NCBI GenBank assembly: GCA_951406725.2
Contig: OX597822.1
Location: 558,001-622,000 of the forward strand
Length of the DNA stretch: 64,000 nucleotides
From: Octopus vulgaris
Taxonomy: Eukaryota
Reading direction: 5' to 3'
In this document: positions 26,290 to 39,869 of the stretch, in pieces
How the letters are laid out: every line of letters begins with the position of its first letter
Position numbering within the stretch: the stretch's first letter is position 1
Made by a program: the position numbers and the translations under genes
The notes under the pieces: generated by a model
Seen by the model: only the letters and a program-made list of their open reading frames with translations
Told to the model about the DNA's origin: nothing
The model's database searches: none

Positions 26290-26545
26290 TGCAGGGTGAC
26301 ACACAAAAACCGTTAGATTCCCTTCAACATTTAAATTTAATTGGCCAAAATATTCTCGTCGCTTTCAGGCCGCGACCTGTTCACTGACGAAATTTCGTGC
26401 TGCATCTCATTTAAATGTCGAAGTGAATCGAACGGTTTTTGTGGGTTTTTAAATGGCTTATGAATACCTTCCATGCTGCATTGGTTTTTGTTTCAGCACA
26501 CGATCTCAGATAAGGTCAATTGCTATGCAACTACATCTCTGTAAT
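26287..26545. mobile_element. Inverted-repeat insert in (TA)n, PLE-terminus-like
   Basis: 35-bp arms 26302-26336 and 26409-26443 (3 mismatches) plus unpaired tail; (TA)n on both sides. Confidence 0.65.
26341..26391 (-). ncRNA. Degenerate hammerhead motif with G3-C8 core variant
   Basis: Minus strand: ttcgtca GTGAACA g gtcgc ggcctgaaa gcgac GAGA atat TT tggccaa; GAAA box reads GAGA. Confidence 0.4.
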
Positions 26546-26548
26546 ATA

Positions 26549-26596
<48 letters not shown>

Positions 26597-26609
26597 CATA
26601 TATATATGA

Positions 26610-27140
26610 GTGAAGGCGCGTGACCTAGTGGTCAGGCGTGTTGCTTTCACGATCGTGGGGTCGTAGTTTCGATTTCCAGACCGGCTACACGTTGTGTTCT
26701 TGAGTAAAGTGCTTGATTTCACGTTGCCCTAGTCCACTCATCTGTAAATAAGTAACTCTGCGACAAAGCAGCCTAAAGATGAAAGGAATGTTGGCTTGGT
26801 CGCTTAGCCAGTGGGGTGGGGGCCATTCTAAAGCTAAAGCCATGCAAAGCATATTGTTACCAGCGCTGTCTAGCAACACCCGATAGTTTAGTCGGTCACG
26901 TGATCACGTGATACACACACACATATGTATATGTTTATGTGTGTGTGTTTGTGTCTGTGTTTGTCCCCCCCATCACCACTTGACAACTGGTGTCGGTGTG
27001 TCTATGTCCCTGTTACCTTGCGGTTCGGCAAAAGACATCGATAGAATAAGTACCAGGCTTAAAAAATAGTCCTGCTGTCAATTTGTTCGACTATAACACT
27101 TCAAGGTGGTGCTCCAGCAAGGCCACAAGTAAAAGAATAG
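26610..27140 (+). mobile_element. SINE C-type head followed by SINE A tail
   Basis: GTGACCTAGTGG...GTTTCGATTTCC head; CTTGACAACTGGTG...GGTGGTGCTCCAGCA tail. Confidence 0.65.
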
Positions 27141-27175
27141 AAGAATATATATATAGTGAAAGAGAGATAGTAAGC

Positions 27176-27225
<50 letters not shown>

Positions 27226-28216
27226 GCGGGATAGAGGAGGGAGAAAGACGGAGGGAGGGAGAGAGAGAGAAGTTACAGAGGTATATTGACGCTACAGACA
27301 AACTATATTACTCACGAGTATAATTGAAAGACTTAAATGTAAAGATAGATCGGTCAGAAGTAGGAGAGAATATAATATTCGCTGCAGAGATAACGAAACA
27401 GAATGCTAATCGAGCCGCCATTTTATAAAATGGGCATTCCGGTAATATTTAATAATTATCATGAGATGAATAGAATAATAAGTGATATTTACTACTCCCC
27501 AAGGAGCAATTCTTAAGGCCGGTGTTACATTGTTATATAAAGAGAGAATTAATTAGTTTTTGTTATTGTTGTTCCTGTTGTTGATGTTCATTAGTCACGG
27601 GTCAACGCTTATCATACACACGTATGATGAAAAGTGTTCCAAGCGTGATAATCTCTTTACTTCTACTTAAGTCTATTTACAACTACATTATCCAAAGATA
27701 TGTTCTGCCAATTTTATGACTGTAAGGTGTGACTTCAGAAAGATATGACTGCTATTTTTTGCAATTCTATCGACCACGTAGAGGCCACTTCAGTGGCTCC
27801 ATGATATAACTTAGTGTTAGGACATTCATAACTCTATCCAATCTTTATACTAAAAGTGTTTGACAACCGGTGTTGGCTTATTTACACTTTTGTAAAATTA
27901 TGAGCTCTATAGAATAAGCAACAGATTTAAAATAAATACTGGTGTTGACTTGATAAATCAAACTTGTGTTTCTGGGGCTGACTTGATCAATTAAAGTGTG
28001 TCTCAAGAGTTGGCGAGGGAAGGCAGGATATTAACAGATTAAACTGTAAATAAGCCGGAAGAAGGCAAAGGGAGAAAACACTATTTAAATAATGAATCTG
28101 CAGACTTTGGCCTCGAGATCCCTGATCGCTGAGGTCTGCACGAATGGCACATGAAGAGAAGACACACAGACAGCCATGCTGCAAAAAGTAACAATAATAT
28201 GATCTGCAAATGTTAG

Positions 28217-28419
28217 TTTCAAATATTTGGTACAAAGCCAGCAATTTCGGAGGTGGGTTAAGTTGATTACATTAACCCTAGTGCTCAACTGGTATGTCTT
28301 TTATCGACCCCGAAAGGATGACAAACTCTATGGGTGGAGTTTGAACTCAAAACGTAAAGAAGGACGAAATGCTGCAAAGTATTTTGCTCGGCGTGGCAAC
28401 GATTCTACCAGCTCGCCGT
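28217..28419 (-). mobile_element. SINE family B
   Basis: Reverse complement of family B. Confidence 0.75.
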
Positions 28420-28710
28420 CCTAATGGCCTATAAATATTGTAAATGATGGAGTTAAAAATAAAGTCCTCTTATGTTAGTCAAGAAATATGTCCACCATAG
28501 GGTTTGTAATTTGGGCTCCTCAAATGTTACACAATAGCCCCTGTTGAGATACATACCCTGCAAAAGTTCACCATGATTAGTCGTGAGGAAAACCGGTGAG
28601 TACAGTATGAGAAAATAAAATAGTCAGAGTTGATGGGTTGAGAAAAAAAATTGAAAAACAGACAGACAAACGGACGGACATACATACATACAGATAGATA
28701 GATAGATAAA

Positions 28711-29280
28711 TATTGGGTTGTCCGGAAAGTTCGTGTAGATTTTTCAAGGAAAGAGAAAGATCAATAAATACTTGCCATTACATTTTTAATCAATCAAATA
28801 TGAACCATTTTGTTGTACAATGAATCTCCATCTTTCCTTTAACTTGAAATTATCCTCTTCCCAGAATTGAGGTGGTTTCATGGCAAAGAATTCATCAAGG
28901 TATCTTTTTACATCATCCAAGGAATTGAAATTTTTACCATTAAGACTATTCTGCAAAGACCTGAATAAGTGGAAATCCGAAGGAGCAATATCTGGTGAAT
29001 ATGGAGGGTGAGGTAACACATCCCAGCCGAGATGCAGCAATTTTTATCTGGTTCCCAAAGCATCAAGTGCCGAAAATGAACTTTCTTATCTTCCATTTTA
29101 AAGGGTTACATAATTAACACAGGTTATAGGAACATAAACCTTCTTCCACGAAAAGATAGCTTAAACTGTGCTCTAAATGGAGGTGTAGTCAAATCCTATT
29201 TTATGGACTCAACCATGTTCTAAAATAAGTCGAAAGTTAAGTTACTATAAATCGGCACGAACTTTCTGGACAACTCAATA
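28711..29280 (-). mobile_element. Internally deleted mariner element (non-autonomous), TA-flanked
   Basis: TIR TTGGGTTGTCCGGAAAGTTCGTG / CACGAACTTTCTGGACAACTCAA; N-terminal MEDKKVHFRHLMLWE joined to LGWDVLPHPPYSPDIAPSDFHLFRSLQN. Confidence 0.92.
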
Positions 29281-29782
29281 GTTGCGGTTTGGAACAAGGC
29301 CTGAAAATTAGAATTATCATATTTAATCCCCAATCTCTATATAATTTGTGATGTACTATTACTTGGAGAAAAGTTTGTAACATAGGTCTGAAAATTAGAA
29401 ATTTTTATATTAAATGTCCAAAGTTATATTCTTGTCGGAGCGTATACTGGGCATAACAATTCTAAATTAAAAAAAAAATGTTCCAAAGTTTTGGCCACGG
29501 CTGTAGGCATATTAAAAAAAGAGCAAATTGAAATCTGTAGATGTTGTTAAATGATTCTCACACTGCGTATATTTATGTTTGCTTCTAATTTAGGCACGAA
29601 GCCGGAAGTTTAAATTCTGCCGAGGTCGACTTTGCTTTCATTGATTCGAAGTCAATAAAACAGGCATCTGTTGCGATGTAATCGACTTACCACACCCCGC
29701 AAATTGGTGGCCTTGTGTGCCAAAGCATGTTCATTAAACAGAAAATGTACGGAGACATTCTCAATCTGACATGTAGACTACA

Positions 29783-29876
<94 letters not shown>

Positions 29877-30208
29877 TTGTCTCTCTGTCTGTCAGCCTGT
29901 CTGTCTTCCTGCCTGCCTGTCTGTTTGTCTGTCTGTCTGTCTGTCTTTCTTGATATATATATATATATATATACACACACATATATATACACACACATAT
30001 ATATGTATATCCAAAATCGAGTCGAACACCATTTCTTCATGTAATCGGCTTAAAAATTAAGTTTGCAAGATATTTTCTTATTTTTCATAACATGAAACCG
30101 ATGGAAGCCTTAATTCACAAATAAAAAAATTCTATCCCCCAATGCGGTGTTGAGCACTCATTTTCATCGTTCGACATTTACGTGTGTATACATACATACA
30201 CACATACA

Positions 30209-30299
<91 letters not shown>

Positions 30300-30305
<6 letters not shown>

Positions 30306-30497
30306 TATATAGAAGGAGCTTCTACAGGACTAGAACTGTTTCATTCAAGAGAAATCATCAGGAAGCTTCCTGATGATTTCTCTTGAATGAAACAGTTCTA
30401 GTCCTGTAGAAGCTCCTTCTATATAATAAATTAATTTTACTCTGCTATGTATTGAGTACCTTATTTACTGTGGTTAACCCCGAATCAACCCGGGACC

Positions 30498-30500
<3 letters not shown>
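30300..30500 (+). mobile_element. Fold-back palindromic element (family P1) in (TA)n
   Basis: Perfect 132-bp palindrome 30300-30431 with no spacer, plus unpaired tail ending CCCGGGACCTAC; second copy at 40855-41062. Confidence 0.9.
30364..30414 (+). ncRNA. Type I hammerhead motif (mirrored on minus strand at 30317-30367)
   Basis: agcttc CTGATGA tttc tctt gaat GAAA cag ttctagtc ctg TA gaagct; stem II is weak. Confidence 0.7.
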
Positions 30501-30558
<58 letters not shown>

Positions 30559-31272
30559 ATTTATAGATAGGTATAGGGAAAAAGAGATAGAGACAGACAG
30601 AGAGACAGAGAGAGAGGGGAGAGCGACAGAGAGAGAGGGGAGAGCGACAGAGAGAGGGTGAGAGAGATATCAGTGTAAATGCATGAGAAAGACCAAAAAA
30701 ATGGAGGGTGATTGAAAGAGAACAAAATGATAGACTGACGCGGGTATAAAGAAATGGAAAGAGAAATTGAAACTGGAAAATGAAATAATATAACCACACA
30801 CACACATACGCGCGCAAGCGAACACTCTGGAATGCACATGTGGACACTTAGATATAAAACAGGCATAGATGTATGCACACACGTAGCCACACATAAGCAT
30901 ACACGATATAATAAAGTAAATAGAAACAATAATTAAAGAAAAAAGGGAGCAAAAAGGATTAACAAAAGGATAAAAAGAACGAAACAAGATAAAGAAGTTT
31001 CACAATTGACCAAAAGTATTTAGAAAATTGAGTCCATTTGGAAACAATTCCGTTTAAAAGAGGAGACGGGCGTTCATGAAATAAAAGTTAGTGAAGCGAT
31101 TCCCAGTCAGTCTTTAGTCTATTGGTCTAGAACATTTACAAGTGGCTTGTTTGTCGTCTGTAATTAATCCAGCATTCGGTAGATTTTACTACGTTAAACG
31201 TTTGTTGCGAACAACGTAATGGTAGCCAGAGAGGGAGAGGTGAAGAGAAAGAGAATTCGTTGAGAGATAGAG

Positions 31273-31313
<41 letters not shown>

Positions 31314-31541
31314 TATATATACAGAGACAAGAGGGAGTGACAGAAGGAGAGAGAGAGGGAGTAGTGATGTTCTCAATACGAACCGGAAATTAAACGAATC
31401 AATCCTTAGATTTTCGCCGGAAGTCGCTATTAACTGCTTAATATAAAACACACGACGGTGCGGTGCAGTGACAGCAAACATACATATAACGACGGGGAAA
31501 TGCATGCCGATGTGTACTCGTGTGTGCGTGTGTGCGCGCCC

Positions 31542-31586
<45 letters not shown>

Positions 31587-31827
31587 CGTGTGTGTGTGTA
31601 TTTTTTCTGTATACATGTATCGTATACATCTACATTTATTCACACATCTACTATACACACCCAAACACATACCTACCCACACAGAAGCGCGCGCGCGCAC
31701 ACACACACATCAACACACACATGTATTGTACATGTATGCATGTGTATGTATAACACAGACATACGCATCTATGTATATGAATGAATATCTATTTGTGCGT
31801 GTATATGTCTATACATATATTTACATA

Positions 31828-31897
<70 letters not shown>

Positions 31898-32283
31898 AAC
31901 GTTGTAAACATACAAACACACACTCACATATATAAATATACATAAACCTGCATGTAAGCATATACATATATGTATATCAATCACATATATGACAAAATAT
32001 AATTCACAGACATACGAACATGATCGCACACACTAACAACAAGACGCAAATTTGTGCATGTGTGTGTATGTATGTATGTATGTATGTATGTATGTATGTA
32101 TGTATGTATGTATGTATGTATGTATGTATGTATGTATGTATATATATATATATACACACACACACATACATACGACTGCACTGTTTGCACATGTACATAG
32201 TCATACTTGGTTGTCCATCATATACATGTAGAATATATATATATATGTATATATACATATGTATGTATTTATATATTTATACA

Positions 32284-32370
<87 letters not shown>

Positions 32371-33539
32371 TTATGTATATACACACGCTCATAGCTTTAT
32401 ACATACATATATATCTGTATGTGCACGTATGTATAATTATTGTATATTCATATTTTAAGCATGTTAATTGCACACTTCTATGTCTCTATATTGCCATACA
32501 TATCTATCCACACATACAAAATATACACATACATGCATGCATCCAACAATTCATCCAGCCATATACATATATATGTATGCGTGTATACACACACACACAC
32601 AAATATACACACACACAAATGCCTTCTCGTGTATGTGTGTATATGTGCCTGCTTGTATCTGAGTGTCCCTGTCGGTGTGTTCACTTACAGTTAGACACAT
32701 CTATCACCGCTAACTGAAGTACGTTAAAATCTGTTTAAATTCAGAATCTGTTGCTCTCCACACGTGGATCATTCACAGAATTGGAGAGCAGCGTCTTTTG
32801 TACAGCAATAATCTGACTTTCAGCCTTTACACTCCATGCAGATCACAACATATATGCATATATATATATATATATGCATGTGTGTATGTATGTATGTAAG
32901 TATGTATGCATGTTTGTGTATGTGTAAGTATGTGTTTGTGTGTGCGCACAAAATTTTAATGGGCAAATAGCATTTGCAAGCTGCTTGTAAGATATTAAAA
33001 CTAATCAAATATTTGGTCCGGCGGTAATAAGGGACGCTCAAAGTGTTTGAGTGAATGAACGAGGGACAAAAGAGACGGGAGCGTTTAAAAGAAAGAGCTA
33101 CATGGAGAAATGTGTGGTGAAAGGAAAACTATTAATGAATGATTGAAATATGGGGAGACAGAGTGGAAGAATGATGGGGGTGATAGTGAGAGAGACAAGT
33201 ATGATAGAGAAAATAGAAAGACTAATAGAATGAGAGAGAAAAATGTTAGACAAAAATACAAAACTTAAAATCAAATATTGTGTAATTACACTTACACATA
33301 AACACTCACATATGCACACACACACACACACACGCACACATACATACACACACATATACACACACATCATGCACAAGCGCAAACAGAGGTTGAAAATATA
33401 GTGGAGTTCTGATGTTTCTAAATGCTAGGAATTTGATTTCGTGTCCACAATTAAGCTTTTACTGTTCTTTTCCACAGTCGCCTCTGATACGACGTGACAG
33501 AGCGCGTTATTGGCAGCTAAGTAGACCTTTGGGTACTTA

Positions 33540-33699
33540 GGCGCTCGCGTGGGCTGTATGGAAAGAAGCTTGCTACCTAACCACATGGTTCTAGGCTCAG
33601 TCCCACAGCGTGGCACCTTGGGGAAGTGTTTTCTACTATAACCTTGGGCTGATCAAAGCCCTATGAGTGGCAGACGGAAAATAAAAGAAACCTGCCGTG

Positions 33700-33781
<82 letters not shown>

Positions 33782-33901
33782 CAAAATGGGACAAGAACGC
33801 AAAACATTCAGAAGACGATACAAAAAACACGGTCGGGTCATAAGAAGCCTTCAATCTTCAGTCAAGAACCGGATCATCCTCGCAATTTCGGCTGATTAAA
33901 C

Positions 33902-33985
<84 letters not shown>

Positions 33986-34240
33986 CTATATATAAATGTA
34001 TGTATGTATGTGCGTAGGTATGTGTGTGTGTCTTTGTGTCTGTGTTTGTCCTCTCGCTACCGCTTGGAAGCCGGTGGCCGGCGTCGTATATCTGCGCCCT
34101 TGTAACTTAGTGGTTCGGCAAAAGAGATTGATTGAATAAGTACCAGGCTTTAAAAAGTACTGGGGCTGAAGCATTCAACTAGAAATTCTTCAGGGCTGTA
34201 CTCCAGTCTAATGACTGAAACAAGTAAAAGATAAAAGATA
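33540..34240 (+). mobile_element. SINE family A, interrupted in its internal (TA)n
   Basis: Head 33540-33700; tail 34030-34240. Confidence 0.8.
33780..33906. repeat. Short insert in (TA)n related to the P2 spacer
   Basis: TGGGACAAGAACGCAAAACAT is the reverse complement of ATGTTTTGCGTTCTTGTCCCA at about 25512-25531. Confidence 0.7.
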
Positions 34241-34294
34241 GTGGTAAATTGCTTTCATTTCGCTCAATTCCAGGTCGTCTATTAATGATGAATA

Positions 34295-34558
34295 GTGCAA
34301 GCACGTGGCTTAATGGTTAGGGTATTGGACTCATGATCATAAGATCGGGATTTCGATTCCTGTCCCGGGCGTCACATTGTGTTTTGGAGTAAAACACTCT
34401 ATTTCACGTTGCTTCAATCCACTCAACTAGCAAAAATGAGTAATCCGGCGACGGACCGGTGTCTCGTCCAGGTGGGGGTTTCATACGCCGTAGAAACCGG
34501 GGACACCGGCCCTTGTGAGTCGGCATGATTCGAAAAGGTAACCGTTACCTTTCCTTTT
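34295..34558 (+). mobile_element. SINE family C
   Basis: TGGCTTAATGG A-box, TTTCGATTCC B-box, GCGACGGACCGG..GTCCAGG body. Confidence 0.8.
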
Positions 34559-34611
34559 ACTAATGAATAATTTCTCATAGGAAATAGTATCTTTATTTTT
34601 TCGAAAATAAT

Positions 34612-34984
34612 CCTCTCTGAAATGAGGTTCCTCCGAAGGGTTTATCGAGTAACATTACTCGGTGAAGTGTGTAGTCCGAAGATCAGGGAGTCTCTCGAAG
34701 TCATGCTGCTACATCTACGCATTGAGTGGTCACAGCGTCGATACTATGGACATGTGACCAGGATATCGCAGGAAAAAATCACGAGACAGATTCTTCAAGC
34801 TGAACCAACTGGCAGGAGACCTACGGTTACATCAATCATGAGATGTTTGGAGAACATCCATAGTCTCAGTTGGTCATGCTTGGAAATCCAGCCTCAAAGT
34901 CTATTAACGGTTACTTCTGATAGAACTCTTTGGAGAAGGTACCTGAAAACTCTACGCCCACGATACTCCCGGTAATAGGAGGTT
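34612..34984 (+). mobile_element. RTE-group LINE 3' fragment with (TATC)n tail
   Basis: EMRFLRRV..VTL...IRESL...RYYGHVTR...ITRQIL..EPTGRRP. Confidence 0.8.
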
Positions 34985-35075
<91 letters not shown>

Positions 35076-35722
35076 GTCTGTCTGTCTATCTATCTATCTA
35101 TCCTTCTAGCTATCTATACGCACCCACATGGATGCATATGGACTTAATTATTATTGTTTCCGTAATTAGTAGCAAGCCCTCTTCATGTCTTCGTAATTAG
35201 TTCGACGACATAACCACTTGTACATCTCTTGATATCTGCGTTGGCAACATCAACCAAATGTCAAATGATACTCTACGTAGTATACGTACTATCATGTCCA
35301 CACACACACACATGCAAGCATACATACACGTACACGCGCGCGCGCACACAGTTTCTCTCTCTGTCTCTCTCTCTCTTTCACACACACACTCACGCATACA
35401 TTTATATGCATATACGTATCTATATAATAGTATCTGCACGCATACATGTATACCGACACATACCCCCATATACGTACATACATACACACATACATACATA
35501 CGTACGTACGTACGTACAGACATACACACATATGCATGCCTATATATGTATGTATATCTATACATAATGAATATATATATGCCATATACTACCAGAACAT
35601 ACATATATTCTCTTACTCACCCCACACACTCTCTCTTACATGCATATATACATATATATGTGTGCGTGTGTGTGTGTATATATATATATTTATATATACA
35701 TACATATATACATATACATACA

Positions 35723-35796
<74 letters not shown>

Positions 35797-36435
35797 GTGC
35801 GCATACATATCAGTATATAAATATAAATATATATGTATATACACATATGTATATATGCACATGTACATACTTCTTTTTCTGTTTCTCTCTGAACACACCG
35901 ACACACGCACACACACACATGCACACACGGACACACACGCACACACACGCACACACGCACACACACACACACACACGTACACACATACAGACACAAGCGC
36001 ACACACACTTATAATTCTTTATACACATAACATTTCCCAGCCTTACTGATCCTGTTTGCTTCTCATTACGTATTCCAATCGTATTTTATATTCATTACAT
36101 TTTACACACTCTGCTCCTCAGTTCTCTCTTTTTTATTATTGTTTCTTTTTTGTTTTGCTTTTATAATTGTTTTTTTATTTCTCTATTTGTTCCTCCATTT
36201 TTCTTTTTCTTTATGAATATTTTTTTTTAATTTGACGTTTCGTGTCATAGCTGTAAGGTACGTTAGCTGATCGGACGAACCGAACCCTGAACTGGAATAC
36301 GTACAGGCATTGATGAACACGCGCACATACACGTATACATATCTACAAACATAAACACGCACGCTCACACACACACACACATACTGATACATGCTTGTAT
36401 ATGTATGCATATGTTATAACATATATATATATATA

Positions 36436-36470
<35 letters not shown>

Positions 36471-36477
36471 GTGTGTG

Positions 36478-36546
<69 letters not shown>

Positions 36547-36610
36547 GTGCGGGGTATCTATATAAGAATGTATTTATATATTTATATTTGCAAACACATG
36601 CACATAGACA

Positions 36611-36650
<40 letters not shown>

Positions 36651-37439
36651 ATGACAGATATATATGCATATGCAAACATACACACACACTCTCACACACA
36701 CACATATATATATACATATGTGTATACATATGTATATATATTTATATATCAAAATAATTTATTTGTATGTATACATATATATGCGAATATATGTACACAC
36801 ACATAACATATTTATATACACTAAAGCATGTACACACGCACACAAGCACACACAAATGCACACACACACATACATATATAGACACAGATGTCCGTACAAC
36901 CGATGTGCGAGATGTGAGAGATGAGAGGCGAGATGCAACTCTCCCTAGTATTGCTAGTTTGACTGAAGCCGGAATAGAAGTTAATAAATTTTATGCAGGA
37001 ATAACCAAATAACCAAATATCAGAAAATGCAAAAAAAAATAATAAAAAGGAAACAAATAATAAAACAGCTCTTGTAAAACGGTAAGAAGATGAATAAATG
37101 AAGATGTACGTTGCTGACTGTGTGTGTGAGTGTGTGAATTTGTGTTGATGTGTATGTGTGGTAAATGTTGTTCGAGATGGAAGTTGCTGATTGGACAGTG
37201 AAATACAGTAAATCAGTTGGAAAAAACCAACAAGAACTCATTATGACAGTTTGATAGACGTCATAGGGAATCACACATATCGTTTGAGGGAATTCGCTAG
37301 TGATAGTTGCTGTGTTATTGAACCCTGAGATGACACTGATGCTAAGAACCTATGATCAAAGTCGTTCCATTTGCAGCTATTTGTACCATTTCGGGGGGCA
37401 ATATGGTGTGTAACTGGTTAGAAACTAGAAACTGTTTTG

Positions 37440-38363
37440 CTATTTTTTGTAGAGATACAATTGTTGGTTTGTAGCGACTGTGTGGTTTGTAGAGCTACAA
37501 TGTTTGGCTTATATTGAGTTGTCCGGAAAGTTCGTGCCGATTTTTGTAAGGAAAGAGAAAGGTCAATAAATACTTGCCATTACATTTTCAATCAACCAAA
37601 TATGAACCATTTTGTTATACAATGCATCTCCATCTTTCCTTTAACTTGAAATTATCCTCTTCTCAGAATTGAGGTGGTTTCATGGCAAAGAATTCATCAA
37701 GGTATCTTTTTACGTCATCCAAGGAATTGAAATTTTTACAATTAAGACTATTCTGCAAAGACCTGAATAAGTGGAAATCCGAAGGAGCAATATCTGGTGA
37801 ATATGGAGGGTGAGGTAACACATCCCAGCCGAGATGCAGCAATTTTTATCTGGTTCCCAAAGCATCAAGTGCCGAAAATGAACTTTCTTATCTTCCATTT
37901 TAAAGGGTTACATAATTAACACCGGTTATAGGAACATAAACCTTCTTCCACGGAAATATAGCTTAAACTGTGCTCTAAATGGAGGTGTAGTCAAATCCTA
38001 TTTTATGGACTCAACCATGTTCTAAAATAAGTCGAAAGTTAAATCGGCACAAACTTTCCGGACAACCCAATAGGAACTCTTTTGGTTCGTAGAGATTCAC
38101 TTATTGCTTTGTAGGGACTCTCTTGTAGGCAAATGGAGAATCTCTGGTTGGTTTGTAGACACTCTTTTGCTGGTTTGTAGAGATGCTTTTGTGAAATTTC
38201 TTTTGGTTTGTAGAGACTCTCTTGTTGGTTTCTAGGGAATCTCCTTTTGCTTCGTGGAGACTCTTCTTGGATTGTAGGGATATTTTGTTGGTTTGTAGAG
38301 ATACTCTTGATGGTCTGTGAAGACTTTTTTTGATTGGTAGAAGTGCTCTTGTTGATTTGTAGA
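37440..38363. repeat. Degenerate about 22-bp minisatellite (TGGTTTGTAGAGACTCTCTTGT) split by a mariner insertion
   Basis: Units present on both sides of 37512-38072. Confidence 0.75.
37512..38072 (-). mobile_element. Internally deleted mariner element, second copy
   Basis: Same TIRs and same deletion junction as 28711-29280; TA-flanked. Confidence 0.92.
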
Positions 38364-38505
38364 GGCGTGGCTATGTGGTAAGAAGTTTGCTTCTCAACCA
38401 CATGGTTCTGGATGCAGACCCACTGCGTGGCACCTTGGGCAAGTGTCTTCTACTACAGTATCGGGTGAACTAAAGTCTTGTGAGTGGATTTGGTAGACGG
38501 AAACT
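38364..38505 (+). mobile_element. SINE family A head
   Basis: GGCGTGGCTATGTGGTAAGAAG...GGATTTGGTAGACGGAAACTG. Confidence 0.8.
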
Positions 38506-38529
38506 GTAGCTATCGAGACCCAGAATCTT

Positions 38530-38885
38530 TCCCACTTGACTAAGCGTGTATGATAAACCCTGTCATCTATGAGGCAGAAGCCACAGCAACGCTTCAACAT
38601 AACTTTACTGTAAAGAAAAATTACATCGGCATATGTGAAGGCAATTTGAAAAGACGTTATGCAAACCACAAGTCTTCTTTCCTGCTCATCGACAAAAGTA
38701 AAGCCACCAAGTTGGCTAGCCTCGTACGGGGTTTGAAGACCAACTGCACGACGCATGGAATCAAGTGGAGAACTGCAGAGAAATCTATGCCATATAAAAA
38801 TGGGTTTAAGAAATGCAACTTATGCGTCGCTGAAGTATCGTACATTCTTTTTAGATCCAAGAATTCCATCACCCCTCTTAATTCC
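38530..38885 (+). mobile_element. Penelope-like element GIY-YIG endonuclease remnant
   Basis: VIYEA...NYIG..EG..KRRYANHKSSF...TKLAS...LK...W...CNLCVAE..YI...LN. Confidence 0.8.
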
Positions 38886-39290
38886 AGCAGGTTGATTCAT
38901 TTTTCTGAAAACCCTAGCTTATCGAGATTGCCACCTAAGAATTTTCTCACAAAACTAAGTGCATCGATTATCATTGATATAAATGTAGATTTATATCAAT
39001 AATATATCTGGATGTTGAAGCTGGAGGTTTCGAAGCAGTTTTCCGTAGTTATCCCCTTTCTCTTTGAGTTTTCGAAGTGATATATCAGCAGGGAAGCTGG
39101 CTTCTATGTCGGTACGTACTTTTTCTTGTCCATCTTATATCCGGTCTGTTATATTTACACTTGTAAGAAGTTTTGATAGGAAAGTTCCACAGTATTCCTT
39201 GTGTTGATGTTGGTGTACACCTTCAAAAAGGTGTTCTCTATATTCATTCCAACCCCCTTTTTTCGAATGGCATTGCACCATGTTTTAGCG
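38886..39290 (-). mobile_element. Decayed RLE-type (R4-like) LINE C-terminal fragment
   Basis: Minus strand ILWNFPIKT...KYNRPDI...IEASFPAD...K...Y..L. Confidence 0.6.
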
Positions 39291-39869
39291 ACAACGTTGT
39301 GTCGCATAGGGAGTTAGGTTAGTATCGTTATGGCATTTTTGGGAAACTGCTAATCACGTGTGATTTCTTCCACAGAAATATGACAATCTTCATTCTCTGT
39401 TGCATCTTTGGGGTCCAAGAGCTTCACTGTCACTTTTATTAACCAGACATTTCGTAGCAAATTCCTGTTCTTAGATTGCAAATGCAAAACCTTCGAAGTG
39501 CGATGTATTCTAGTGGGCCAAGGGAAATTACACTTCGTGTCGATATTACTGTCTTCTTTAAGTCTTTGGAAAATGTATGTATGACATTATTCAGTTTTAT
39601 TTCAAGATTTCTTGCCAATACAGAAAGAGCTGGATTCTAACCTAGATCCAAGGCTCCTTCACTGGTATTTCAACATCAACAACAGGGTATTTTTGTATGT
39701 ATGTATGTATGTATGTATGTATGTATGTATGTATGTATGTATGTATGTATGTATGTATGTACGCATGCAAGCATGCTTGGATAGATGGATATCCATCGAT
39801 AAAAACGATGGGACTTCAGTTGTTCAATTAACTGAATTACATTTTCATCAAAATAACATAAACTAACGT

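Noticed and set aside
30300-30431. miRNA precursor or classic MITE interpretation of the palindromes
   Set aside because: Perfect pairing, a one-sided tail, variable axis and HHR cores fit PLE-type fold-back better; siRNA production is not excluded
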